Source of the DNA: the human T2T-CHM13v2.0 reference genome, Homo sapiens
Length of the DNA stretch: 64,000 nucleotides
Strand: one strand, 5' to 3'
Assembly: GCF_009914755.1 (NCBI RefSeq)
Contig: NC_060930.1
Shown here: piece by piece, positions 1 through 15,310 of the stretch
Layout: every line of letters starts with the position of its first letter
Numbering within the stretch: position 1 is the stretch's first letter
Position numbers and translations under genes: made by a program
The notes under the pieces: model-generated
What the model saw: only the letters and a program-made list of their open reading frames with translations
The model's database searches: none
Told to the model about the DNA's origin: nothing

Positions 1-353
1 GACATCTAAATCATGGAGATATTGTCAATTTAGTAGAAGTAAAGTTCTGACTTTGGGGGAAATTTTTTGCTGTAATCCCATGTTGAATCTTTTGAAAATT
101 AAAAAATAAATGAGTTATTACATGTATACCAAGAATAAAATTATAATTTATTCCTTAGTATAAGCCCATCAAGGGGAACCATAATTGGCACAGGGTGGGA
201 GATAGAGGGACTCCTAAGTTTATTTTGTGTTCTATCACATCCACTCCATGAGATTTCCTCTGCAACATCTTTTATTGACATTATTTCTTATTTTTGTTTG
301 TCTAACCTATTTTAGAAATGGGTTAAAAAATTAAAAAATGCAAAAACTGATTA

Positions 354-1059
<706 letters not shown>

Positions 1060-1454
1060 GTTTTGGAAATGCTTAGGGCACACTGGACATGAAAGCCAGT
1101 TTAGTGTGAAGTAGCACACTTTGTATTAGCATTAGCGGTCTTCTAGGCTGAAGCAATTTTATAATCCAGTGCTGAATCTTCCTGTACCAAATGCTGCTAG
1201 TTCCCCCTAGAGAAGCTTCTGGTGTAGCTCCATCATTTGGAGAACACGCAGGGCTTACTGCAAGAGCCACTAGAAAGTAACTGCTCCGGTGACAAAGCCA
1301 ACCCATTGGAACACAGAATGCATTCCATCCACCACCCTGGGCACACCTTCATTAAACTGGACTCAGCTGTGCAAAAAGACAAAAGCATGAGTTGTTGTGT
1401 GCATGCAGCTAGCTCTACGTATGCCTGTCACCTAAGCTTTGGACACGTGTAGTA

Positions 1455-1591
1455 CAGTGGTTCTCATGGTATGGTCATCACAGCAGCAGTATTAGACTCC
1501 TCCTGAATCAGAAACTCAAATTGGATCCCAGAAATCTGTGGTTTGAGAAGCCCCAGGTGATTCCCACGCATGCTAAGTCTGCGAACCAGTG
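1455..1591. mobile_element. MER5A-like hAT MITE
   Basis: cagtggttctca...gaatcagaaact...ccccaggtgattc...gaaccagtg termini and internal motifs. Confidence 0.7.
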
Positions 1592-3144
1592 CTTTATTGC
1601 AATGTCTATTACCTGTTTCCTCAGCATCTGATAATGAGAGTCAATGATAGAGTTCTTTTATCCAAGTGACAGGGTTCAAACCAAATGGTGAAAATGGTCA
1701 GGAACTGGAAACTTCATGAGGTCAAAGAGTTTAAAACTTCTAAGGGTTTTTATGACAAGGTATGTGTGTTGCAGAAGGTCAGGAAAAATGGGGATGGGGG
1801 AGAAGGAGAACTTACATTACATGAACAGACTAGTTTATCGACTGCACCAAAGAAGCTTTGGAATTTGTAATCAGGTGGCTGGAAGTTTCTCATCTTGCTC
1901 AAAGCAAGCCTGTGGCCTTATTGTTTAGAGCTATGCCTTGTCAAATTGGTCGTATGGCTACTGTATTTCAAGCTTAACTTGGACAGACAGGCCTGCGAGG
2001 CACAAATTTCTCAAGCAGATGAAGGTGGGGAGAACAAAAATTATCCACTGCAAGACTTCGAGGACAGATGACACCCAGCAGGAATGGCAAGCCAAATCTG
2101 CAGGAGCCATAATACAATTGGCTAGCCCTAGGGACCTGGCCTCTTTGAAGTGGAAGAGACAGCACGAATGAGCCATTAAATTAACTCACTGTGCTGGAAA
2201 AGATGCAATGCTTTCATTACCCCCAAAGAAACAAAAGTTTAAAAGATTAAAATATTCCTAAAGGAATCATGATAATGGAAGCAGAAATCCTTGAGATAAC
2301 AGCAAAAAAATGGCCAGCATCTCAAATTCTCCTGCCTTCCTGCCTACCTTCTTTTGGCCTCCCTTCCTTAAGTGAAAGATGAGTTTTGCTAGATTAGGTA
2401 GCAGTTGGAATTAGTTTTATTTGCTAGCAGTATTGGGAATAAAGGCAAAGCCTGCAGGAATGTGGGCGCCAGCAACAAGTAATCATTATTGCAGAATCAA
2501 ATTCCTCATCTCATCTCTGATATGCCTCTGTGTAACCCTAGAGCTGGGCTTCACGGTGTTATAAATCCAGCATACAAGACACAGAGCAGTGGGATGTGGA
2601 GCCCCTTGTGTATCTAAAAGCTCTGCCCAGCAAGAGAGATATATGACGGTAACTTTCTCCCCATTGCTTTTGCAATAAAATTCACCCAGTGCTCCAGGAA
2701 GAGTTAGGAATGTAATTCCACTTCAATAAATCAAGACTAAAATTAAGATGGCCAGATATGTAGCAGCCTGCTCAGGTGTATGGAGAATTTGAAATTTAGT
2801 GCCCTGGTAATGGGCAGTAGCAGATTATCTAATTATACAGAGAAAGAAGAAATACTGCTCTCTGGGGTAAAAAGCTAAATGCTCTAATCCATTAAACTAC
2901 CACAGCCCTGCCAAAGCTAGATTCATATTAAAGTTCATGCAACATCTGACTTTTTAAAAAGGAATTAAGTCAAATGTTAGAAAAAAATATAAATGAAAAA
3001 GCTATAGTTCACAATAATTCTAATTTGACCACTTGTCAAATAGTGTATTTTATCTTTGGGTGTGATGTACATGTACCTGATTATAATAGAGCTCTATTCC
3101 GTCGTAACAATATAACCGCTTAAATTTTTATCAACATATCTTGA

Positions 3145-3500
<356 letters not shown>

Positions 3501-4550
3501 ACGAATTACATTTTTAAGGGGGCACTGACAGTATGATGCGCTGGCAGTGGATGATCGTTCACATTCATTCCACTCCTCCCTTCCTGCCTTCTTCATCCCT
3601 GTGGGAGATCTAATGTGCCTATTACTGACTGTGGTTAACCGTGGGCTCAGGTATAATTGGGTGGGGTAAGTGGGAGTTTACCAGTACTGCTAGCAAATAA
3701 ACTACTACATATCTGGCCATCTTAATTTTAGGTGTAACTGGGAGTAACCATGAGAATTCCTATATATCTGCTAAAAGCCTTAGTGAATAATCTTTTTGCT
3801 GAACTGGGGGTGGGAGATGGGGTGTTTAACTGGGAAGTCGGGTCATGGATGGATGATTATGTCATTCTTGGAGCTATGTCACCTTTTCTACCATATTGTG
3901 ATAGTCATTGCTTGGGAAGAGACTCACAACTGCAGAACTACACAAAATACTTCATGATCTCTTGGATGCTTGGGTATAAGCATGGCTGTGGTTGTTTGAC
4001 ATTGTTCCCATTCTATAATTTCTATTTGTTTTAAAACTCGTTTTTATTCTAATTAATGAAAAAGCTCACAGACGTTTGACTGAAGAGTGATTCTTCCCTA
4101 CTTGGAATTTTTGGTCTGTTCCTAAAAGTTTCACATGGAATAGGGACATGTGTCTAATCAGGGGAGTTGAATCAAATCCAGTGAACATGGCAACAGATGG
4201 TCTTCTAACCCTGAAATCATACAGTTCCCACTTCAGTCATGGTCTAACCAAGGTGGTGGTTAGCATGTGGGTTAGTCTCTGCCTCCTCTCTAGCTCCTAA
4301 ATTAACATGAGATCATATTAATGTTGTAAAATTCCCATACAGAGCTCAGAACATATTAAATACTCAGTAAATGATATCTAATTATTTACTTTCAAACAAT
4401 GCTGAGTGGCTGGCAGCCTCCCAAAGAGTGCTCTATATACCGTTTCAGGAATGTGTTCACAGACCATTGGATTGTAAACTTTATGAGGGCAGGGACGTGA
4501 CTGCGTTATCTGCAGGGCCTAGCAGAGTTCTGTTACACAGTATGACCTAA

Positions 4551-5171
<621 letters not shown>

Positions 5172-5251
5172 CATTGATCTATTAGAAACAAAATAAGAAA
5201 GACAGCATGGTCCTTTTTTCCAACAGCTTGAAAAGTGTGAGAACCAGAGAC

Positions 5252-5534
5252 TTTTTTTTTTTTTTTTTTGAGATGGAGTCTTGCACTTTCACCAGCGTTG
5301 GAGTATAGTGGCGCGACCTCAGCTCACTGCAGCCTCCGCCTCCTGGGTTCAAGTAATTCTCCTGCCTCAGCCTCCCAAGTAGCTGCAATTACAGGTGCCT
5401 GCCACTATGCCCAGCTAATTTTTTGTATTTTTAGTAGAGATGGGGTTTCACCATGTTGGCCAGGCTGGTCTTGAACACCTGACCTTGTGATTCATCTGCC
5501 TCATCCTCCCAAAGTGCTGGGATTACAGGCGTGA
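5252..5534 (-). mobile_element. Alu (AluS, slightly 5'-truncated)
   Basis: Antisense dimer. TSD agagactttt. Confidence 0.93.
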
Positions 5535-6139
5535 GAGACTTTTAAACTGGTAAGTAATGTAAATTCATGTTTTATCAAAATCCCAGGATGCTCTGCCACC
5601 ATTTTTATCTCAGGCTCACATGTTGAGCAAGTTGGTACCTCAGGGATGATTGGCAGGTAGGAAAAGTCTTAATAATTTGGCTTTATGATTTTACAATCTT
5701 CCATAGCAGTTTGACCTTTACTCATAACTTTCTACATATTAGGCACAGTGCTGAGTAATTTTTATATATTCCCACTGCAAATTAAATGAGATCAGTTGTC
5801 TTTACCCCTATTTCATATGAGGAATTCCATGTGCAGTGACTTGAGCAAGGTCTCATAATTAATACATGGTGAGGCTGGTGTGCTCAACTCCACTGCTTCC
5901 CCACCCCCAAATGATTTAATGCTGTAATTCACATATTACAACATTCACCATTTGAAGTGTACAAGTTAGAAGTTTTCCGTATATTCCCAGAGTGGTGCAA
6001 CCATCTCATTTATTCTTAAAATTATGTACCCATTTATTTTATCTAATACCTAGGGCAGGTTTTTTCTAGGTTGGTAAAAACTGATTCCACAAGTTAATTA
6101 AGCAGAATTTTATGGCACTCCATGTAGAGTAGTTTACAG

Positions 6140-6345
6140 GTAAGTTTGAGCCAGACATTTGTGTTTGAATCTCAGTTCCTTGATCTCAGTTCCTTGTATG
6201 ATGTTGGGTTAGTTCCCTACCTCTGTGTGCCTCAGCTTCCTTATCTGCAAAAGGGGATAAAAAAGGAGTTAATTCACTTAAAGCACTTAGAATAGTGCCT
6301 GATACACACTAAATGCTCAATAAATGTTATCTATTATTGTTGTTA
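6140..6345 (+). mobile_element. MIR SINE (hosts the alternative EEF1E1 exon in antisense)
   Basis: MIR core ctctgtgtgcctcagcttccttatctgcaaaagggga and 3' aagcacttagaatagtgcctg...aataaatgttatctattatt. Confidence 0.85.
6209..6244 (-). CDS. EEF1E1: EEF1E1 alternative terminal exon (short isoform ending IRKLRHTEVGN*), MIR-derived
   Basis: Acceptor ccccttttgcag|ATA AGG AAG CTG AGG CAC ACA GAG GTA GGG AAC TAA, in frame with exon 3. Matches my recollection of the isoform-2 C-terminus. AATAAA (minus) at 6033-6038 and 6009-6014. Confidence 0.8.
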   Translation of the reverse strand: MRKLRHTEVGN

Positions 6346-8894
6346 TTAAAAGTTTTAACATATTTTAAAAAGTATTAACAGATCTTCATAACTGAATACT
6401 ACAGAATCGTAAAATTAGCTCTGAATCATGAAAATTAAATTGTCAGTGAAATGTGGTCAGTGGAAATTGTATTATATCCCAATTCTTTGCAAATTGATGA
6501 TCCATGTGATGTCAGCAATGTATTAACAAAATATCTTATACAATTGATCATTTGGCACTCAGAAGGCATTTTCCCATTTAAGCATTACTCACTGTGACAG
6601 AGATAGCTGGTTGCCTATGCAGTATCCCTTTTCCTTCTTTTCTCATTGACAGAGCAGAGCTTTATTCTGGGTGCCCTCCGACTACACATCTGGCCTCCTC
6701 CCAGCTGGAGTGGCCAAAATTGTAAATCAATACAGCCAAACAGGGCTTCCAGGAAAGGCCCTTCAGGGGAATTGATAAGGTTGGGAGAGAAGCCTTTTGC
6801 TGTCCCCCTCTTGCTGTTTCTTTGGGTCTTAATCAGACTTGATGTCTGGAGTTCTGACGTTAATACTGGACCATACGTTGAACTTAAGAATGGAAACCAC
6901 TCGTTCAGCATGGAGTAGCAAAAACAGGAGCTGGATGCTTCACACCAAAGGTGGGCTAATTTCCTAACTTCTTTTACATGAAAAAAAAACAACCCACCCT
7001 GATGTTACTGGGCCTTTCTGCAATATACAGCTGTACTGATAACATATACGTGTAATTTACACTTATACTTTTCTCAGTCAGCTCAAAAGGAATGTACTGA
7101 GCTCAGTCAGCTCAGTACATTCTTTTACCAGATTGAGCACCGACTGTGGTGTGCCAATGATTGTTCTGAGGGCTGGATAAGCAAGGGAAAATATAGTCTC
7201 TGCTCTCAAGAAATTACTAAGCCCGGCGGAAGAAACAGATAATCAAAAACAGTACAATGATGCCAGTGCCAGAATCAGGGGCCAGGGGTGGGACAGACTT
7301 GACTTCCATGAGGACATTGACAAAGCAGAATACTGAAGAGGTTACCAAGTGAGAAGGAAAGGGCATTTCAGGCAAGTGCCTGACAGAAATGACCCAAGAA
7401 GCACAGTAGAAATTCTACAAGGAAATGAATTGTTTTGATCTGGATGCTGAGAATATGATCTAACACTTGGCTGCAGAAGCCAGGTCTTCATCTTTCGACC
7501 ATCCCTTCATCCTCCAAGATCTAAGTTAGTTGCGAGAAGTCCTGGTACTTGGTGGTACCAAGTAATACCTGTTCCATCAATGTTGTGCACAATAAAGAAT
7601 TGCCTAGCTGACTGAGGGATTCAGAGGAGTAAGACACAGGAAGAAGCGGGAAGAGGGGTCGCTTGACAAAGAGGTGGTTTCCCTCTCTGGCCTCCCGCTC
7701 TTTCCTCACTGCTGACCTAAAATGAAGGAAAAGAGTGAAATAGTTGGGATGAGAATGCTTGGTGGCCTATTTCCTGTTGCCTCTATCTGTCCTGCTTCAA
7801 TCCTCCTGCTGAATGGGGGGAGAAGACAGAAGTGTTGGGGCTAGGTGTAATTTGCAGCAGTGAATCATGATGTGGCATGCTTATAGCAGACCGAGTGGTT
7901 AGCATGAAAGGTACACAGACTTGACCTACCCCTGTAAGACACATAACAACTCCCATAATTAATTTGAACCCTGTAGTCTCCGAACATACAAATACAAATT
8001 TACAGTTTTTAATTTAAAGACCATGTCACAAAACTAAAAATACTCCTGAGGGTAATGAATTGTGAAATACATCACGTAAAAACTGTCTTGATCTGTTATA
8101 ATATACAGGAAGATGTGAAAGAGTGTGGGTTCCTTTCTAGACCACCACAATAAAGTATGACAACAAAGTGAGTTGCACAAATTTTTCAGTTCCCCCGTCC
8201 ATAGAAAAGTTACGTTTATACTCTACTGGAGTCTATTCGGTGTACAACAGCATTATGTCTAAAACCACAATGTATGCACCTTAACTAAAAAAAATTTTAT
8301 TGCTAAAAACAGCATTAATGATCATCTGGACCTTTAGGAAGTCAATCTTCTTGCTGGTGGAGGGTTTTGCCTCCATGTCAATGGCTCCTCATTGATCAGG
8401 GTGGTGGTTGCTGGAGGTTGGGGTGGCTGTGTCAATCTCTTAAGACAACAATAAAGTTTGCCACATTAATCGACTCTTCCTTTCAAAAGACATTTCTCTG
8501 TAGCATGCAATGCTATTTGATGGCATTTCAACCAAAGTAGAACTTCTTTCAAAATTGAAGTCAATCCTCTCCAACCCTGCAGCTGCTTTGTCAACTAAGC
8601 TTATGTAATAGTCTAAATCCTTTGTTCTCATCTCTACAGTGTTCACAGCATCATCACTAGGAATAAAGTCCACCTTAAGAAACCACTTTCTTTGTTCACC
8701 CATAAAAAGCAACTCCTCATATGTTGAAGTTTTATCAAGACTGCGGCAATTCAGTACCATCTTCAGGCTCTGCTTCTAATTTTACTTCTCTTGTTATTTC
8801 CACCACATCCGTAGTTGTTTCCTCCACTTAAGTCTTGAACTCCCTCAAAGTCATCCTTTAGAGTTGAAACCAACTTCTTCCAAAGTGCTGTTAA

Positions 8895-9354
<460 letters not shown>

Positions 9355-9555
9355 TACAAAATATATTTCTTAAGTAGTAAGACTTGAAAGTTGAAATTAT
9401 TCCTTAATCCATGGGCTGTAGAATGAATGTTGTGTTAGCAGGCATGAAAACACTGTATTTATCTCCTTTTTATCTCCATCAGAGCTCTAAGGGTAACCAG
9501 GTGTATTGTCATTGAGCAGTAATATTTTGAAAGGAGGCTTTTTTCTGAGCAGTAG

Positions 9556-9972
<417 letters not shown>

Positions 9973-10519
9973 AAGATTTAGCATAATTCTCAAGGGCCCT
10001 AGGATTTTTGGAATGGTACATGAGCACTGGCTTCAACTTCAAGTCACCAGCTGCATTAGCCCCATATTTAATAAGAAAGTCAGTTGGTCCTTTGAAGCTC
10101 TGAAGCCAGGCACTGACTTCTCTCGAGCCATGGAAGTCCTAGGTGGCATCTTCTGTTAATAGGCTGTTTCATATACACTGAAAATCTGTTGTTTAGTGTA
10201 GCCACCTTCACCCATGATCTTAGCTAGATCTTGCAGTCTACGTTAGCACTTGCTGCTTCACCTTGCACTTGTGTTATGGAGATGGTGTCTTTCCTCAAAT
10301 CTCATGAACCAATCTCTGCTGGCTTGGTTTCAAACCTTTCTTCTGCAGTTTCCTCACCTTTCTCAACCTTCATAGAATCGAAGAGAGTTAGGGTCTTCCC
10401 CTGGATTAAGAGAATGTTGTGGCTGGTTTCATCTTCTATCCAGACCACTCAAACTTTCTCCCTACCAGCAATAAGGCTGTTTCGCTTTCCTAACATCTGT
10501 GTGTTCACTGGAGTAGCAC

Positions 10520-10871
<352 letters not shown>

Positions 10872-12100
10872 TAGCTTTCAGCCTGTTTTGGTTTTGACAT
10901 GCATTCCTCAAGAAGCTTAATCATTTCTAGAGAGAGATGTGCAACTCCTCCTTTCACCTGAGCACTTAGGGGCTACTGTAAGGTTATTAAGTGGCCTAAT
11001 TTCAATACTCTTGTGTCTCGAGGAAGAGGGAAGCCCAAGGAAAAGGAAAGAAGGGGAACGGCTGGTCAGTGGAGCAGTCAGAACACACACAACATTTATT
11101 AAGTCTGAAGTCTTATATGGGCATGGCTTGTGGCACCCCAAAAATAATAACAATAGTAACAAAGATCACGGGACACAGATCAGTTAACAGAGAGAGTAAT
11201 GAAAAAAATTCAAAATAATGTGAGAATTACCAAAATGTGACACAGAGACATGAAGCAAGCACAAGCCGACGGAAAAATGGTGCCAATAGTCTCGCTCGAA
11301 GCAGGGTTGCCACAAACCTTCCATGTGTTGAAGATGAAGATGCAGTAAAATGAGGCATGCCTGTGCCCACACACCTGGCCTGTGAAGTCTCCTGACTCAG
11401 TCACTTCAGAGACAAACATGGGGGCCTGTTACAATCCTCATTTTCTTATAAACAAAACAATCATGATTTGCCTGGAGAAGAGAAAGGAAACTAACCTTAC
11501 TGATTGCCAAGAGCTACATACTAGGCTTTTTTCTTCATGTTGTCTACTTTAATCCTAATTTAGCATTATCTTTTTATTTTTAGAAAGTAAGAAAATATGA
11601 TTGACTGCTTTGTTTAAAGTTCTGCTAGAACTTTGAAGGGTCCACTGGTCAGACTCAGCATCAACACCAAAACATTAAGTAGCATTAAACGGGAAAGCCC
11701 CCGAAGACCCCATTTTTCTCATTATTTGTAAAGATAAGGTCTTTAGCTCTATGATAACTATTATTTATTCAACCAGCAAGTTATAAAATATACAGATCTT
11801 TTAATAAAGTGCCTCTGTTCTTCACACAGCACTTTAACAGTAGTCTTTCCATGAGAGTTGGCTTTCAGTTTAAAAAAATCTAGTAATTAAAAATTCAAAA
11901 TTAGTGGGACAGTAAGACTTTCCCATCTCTTTTTTATTTTCCTCCTTACAGGAGGAAGAATTTCCCATCTCTTTTTGGCCACTGCATATTACAATAAGCC
12001 CAACAACAAAAAAGAATCATTAACTCAAGAGGAATGTATCTTACTCCAGTTTCCCGTAGGGCAGTTCAGTAGTTAGTTTCACCCCAATGAGTACTGACTA

Positions 12101-12355
12101 CAGAAAGAAAGAAACAACGAAAAAATATTTTTTCAACCACATTTACTAGCTCACATAAATATTTTAAAACAAATCCATCTGTCTTCCCTTTTGGCTTCCT
12201 TGGCACAATTTATCAGTTCTTAACAAACTACCATAAATATCCATAAGGGGAAAATGAATTTTAGAATATGAAAGAGAGGTTAATAAATAGCCAAATATGT
12301 CAACCATTGAAATGACCACCAATTTTAAGATTAAGCCCGATTTGCAACTTTTATT
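12101..12355 (-). terminator. Candidate tandem polyadenylation signals of the main EEF1E1 3'UTR
   Basis: AATAAA at 12355-12350. Variant AGTAAA at 12147-12142, followed by a U/GU-rich element (tcgttgtttctttctttc, ~12120-12101). Confidence 0.65.
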
Positions 12356-12620
12356 GAAATAAATGTCATCTACTAAAAACAAGGTTAATTTATAACTGGA
12401 TCTCAACTTGTTTAATAGCAATTGAATTTTGACATAAAAATTGCAAAACTTCAGCTAAAGAACAAATAAAACATTCAGACACAAGTTTACACTTCAAAAA
12501 TTCTATCAACTTCAACAAATAATGAATGACTGTATATTAATTTACATTAGTCCTGTGGTCTAGAGTACATTTTCCATTTAAAACATTTTTAATAGATCTT
12601 CTGTATGGCATGGACAGCTT

Positions 12621-12761
12621 CTAGTGGGAATTAGTATATAGTCTGTTCTTGATGAAGACAACACTAGACAGATGTTGCCTGATGCCTGGATAATGCTGAA
12701 TGTGACAAAACCAGCGAGACACATTAAGATATTTCTCCTTTTCTTGAACTGTCAGGTCAAC
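12621..12761 (-). CDS. EEF1E1: EEF1E1 coding exon 4 (main terminal exon), aa 129-174 plus TAG
   Basis: Acceptor ttttaatctctacttag|GTT. Translates VDLTVQEKEKYLNVSRWFCHIQHYPGIRQHLSSVVFIKNRLYTNSH*. The four exons sum to 174 aa. Confidence 0.98.
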   Translation of the reverse strand, partial: VDLTVQEKEKYLNVSRWFCHIQHYPGIRQHLSSVVFIKNRLYTNSH

Positions 12762-15004
12762 CTAAGTAGAGATTAAAAACATACACACACAACACAGATG
12801 TTACATAAGCACAACTGTTAATATCACTTAAGTAGGAGATAGAAGTTGAAAAACAACAACATCAATCCCCCAAGAGCTCTCAAAAGCCAACATATTCAGA
12901 TAGGAGTAAAAGTTTCAGCCCAGTGAACACTGACTTATAAAGGTTCTTCGTGTTCAATGTTATGTTCAGTACAAAACCTGATGTCCTTCCTGCGAAATAC
13001 CAAGTTTTCAACAAATGCAAAATTTACATTAACTGAGGATTTGGAGGTCAAATAATTTGTTTTTTACTTCATTGGAAAGGAAGATAGATTAAGATACAGT
13101 TCTTTCTCTGGTATTCTTTAGTAAACCTAAAAAAAGGAAATGATCCATTTCAAGTCAATATTGCTTAATATAAGGAGGGGCTACTTCCAGTGGTGTGTGA
13201 CTCAGATGAAGGAGGCTGAGTAAATGCATGAGAACAGACCTTCATAATTCTGTTTGCAATAAAGCTGAACTCAATCTTTTAGTGAATGGAGCAGTTCACC
13301 CAATTTGCTATCAAGCTACAAGAATGCTCAGAGATTTGGTTAGAGAGAGACGTGATACAAACTGCAGGTGCTTATCATTTCACTGGGCTCAAATTCCAAA
13401 ATAGGTGACTCAAAGACTTTTCTCTAAGATAAACTTTAGAATTATTGAGAGTTATCAGGTAAAGAGAAAACCAGTAGGGCAGTAACTTGCAGCCATGACC
13501 CCATGAATGGGTGGTGTCGTTCCTTCTCCTAAGTCACATTTACTTAACAGATAGTGCAAGTCTCTATAATGCTGACAGGAGTGTTTGCAGAAAGAAATAA
13601 CTCAGCCACCCTACAAGCGCTACAAACCCCCCAGCAGCCTGCTTGTTGGGAGACATTTTTAGTGAGATGAATGTCCTTTGCTTTTCAGCATTTAGCACAT
13701 ACCTGTTCTGCAGACAAGCATTCTGCTAAGTTACCAGATCACCAAAGGTGAAGGATAAATCACTCCACATGCAGTAATTATTACAGAATACAAAAGGATA
13801 TTAACAATAAAATTAAAAAGTAGGCAGTATTTTCTCATTAAATGTTTATTTGGACTCGTATTTGTTGGCTTGATTTACTTAAGTTGTTACCAGGGAGAAT
13901 CTTCACTGCTTCTGTTTCAGAAAAATTTAAGTTTCAGGTTTTAGTGATACATACTTAAGTCCTACACACAAGCTGCTCTAGCACATTATAAAAACATATT
14001 CATCTTGTTTAAGGTTGTGTCTACTTAGAAAGATGTTACTACAACTGTCTCACCTATAACATAGTCAGTCCATGGCACAGAGATAAATAACACATCAGTC
14101 AAGAAAACTGGTCAAGTATGTCTTTTTTAACGTAAAAGTTTAATTTTTATTATGAAAATTCATGGTTTCACATGAAAGAATTACATTAGGCTAACTGGTA
14201 GATTCAAACTGAAAGGAGCATCTACCTGTCAGGTGTGTTTTCATAGGCAGCACTTAATCTGTGGAATAAACTGAGCATCAGTCTATATTTCAAAAATATT
14301 TTGAAAAATATTTTGTAAAAGAGCATTTTGTTCTTTTTCTAAATCTTTACCATATATAAACCTCAGCAAGGACTTCAAAAGAAAATGTACGATTTATTAA
14401 AAGCTCAACCAGTAATAAAAAGAGCTGCAAATCTAACAAGAAATGGGAGCTTTCTTACCAAAAATGAATAAATGAATGAATAAAATTCAAAATCAACTTC
14501 GACAAATCTCTTTGCTGATAGTTAAAGCAAACAGATGTAACAATAAGTTTTACTCCAACTTGATTTCATGTCAGCTGCTGAAATATATGATGATTCAAAT
14601 CTGACCTCTTTCTTACCATTTTAGTCCTTTCATCGCTCTTTCATTTCAGATAATTCTCCACTCAGCCATTTGGTAAAGCATTTCCAAACAATAGAGTACT
14701 AATGCTTGTTTATGTTCAAGTTGTTCACCCAGATTTTAAACTAGGTAAAAAGGGCAATGTTATGTGTGATATTTGTATTTCAGAACAGCATTTGGTGTCA
14801 CTGAGGACTAGTATAAGTTGCTTACAGGCCTATTATTTAAAGAAATACTAACATACAGAACACAGCAAAATAAATATTCTCCAACTTAAACATTTTACAT
14901 TTGGAGTCTCTAGAGTCAGGATTATCAACAGACTCACAGTAAAAAATAGTTTTTATTCCAAGAGCTCCTAAAGCTTCTAAAAATTCCTAATTTATTCCAA
15001 TAAT

Positions 15005-15310
15005 TTATTTATTATTATTATTTTTTGAGACAGAGTCTTACTCTGTTGCCCAGACTGGAGGGCAGTGGCGCGATCTGGGCTCACTGCAACCTCCACTTCC
15101 TGGGTTCAAGCGATTCTCCTGCCTCAGCCTCCTGAGTAGCTGGGACTACAGTCACATACCACCACACCTGGCTAATTTTTTGTACTTTTAGTAGAGACGT
15201 GGTTTTGCCATGTTGGCCAGGCTGGTCTCGAACTCCTGGCCTCAAGTGATCCACCAGCCTCGGTCTCCCAAAGTGCCTGGATTACAGGCATGAGCCACTG
15301 CACCCAACCC
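15005..15310 (-). mobile_element. Alu (AluS)
   Basis: Antisense dimer. TSD tattc(c/t)aataattt. Confidence 0.93.
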
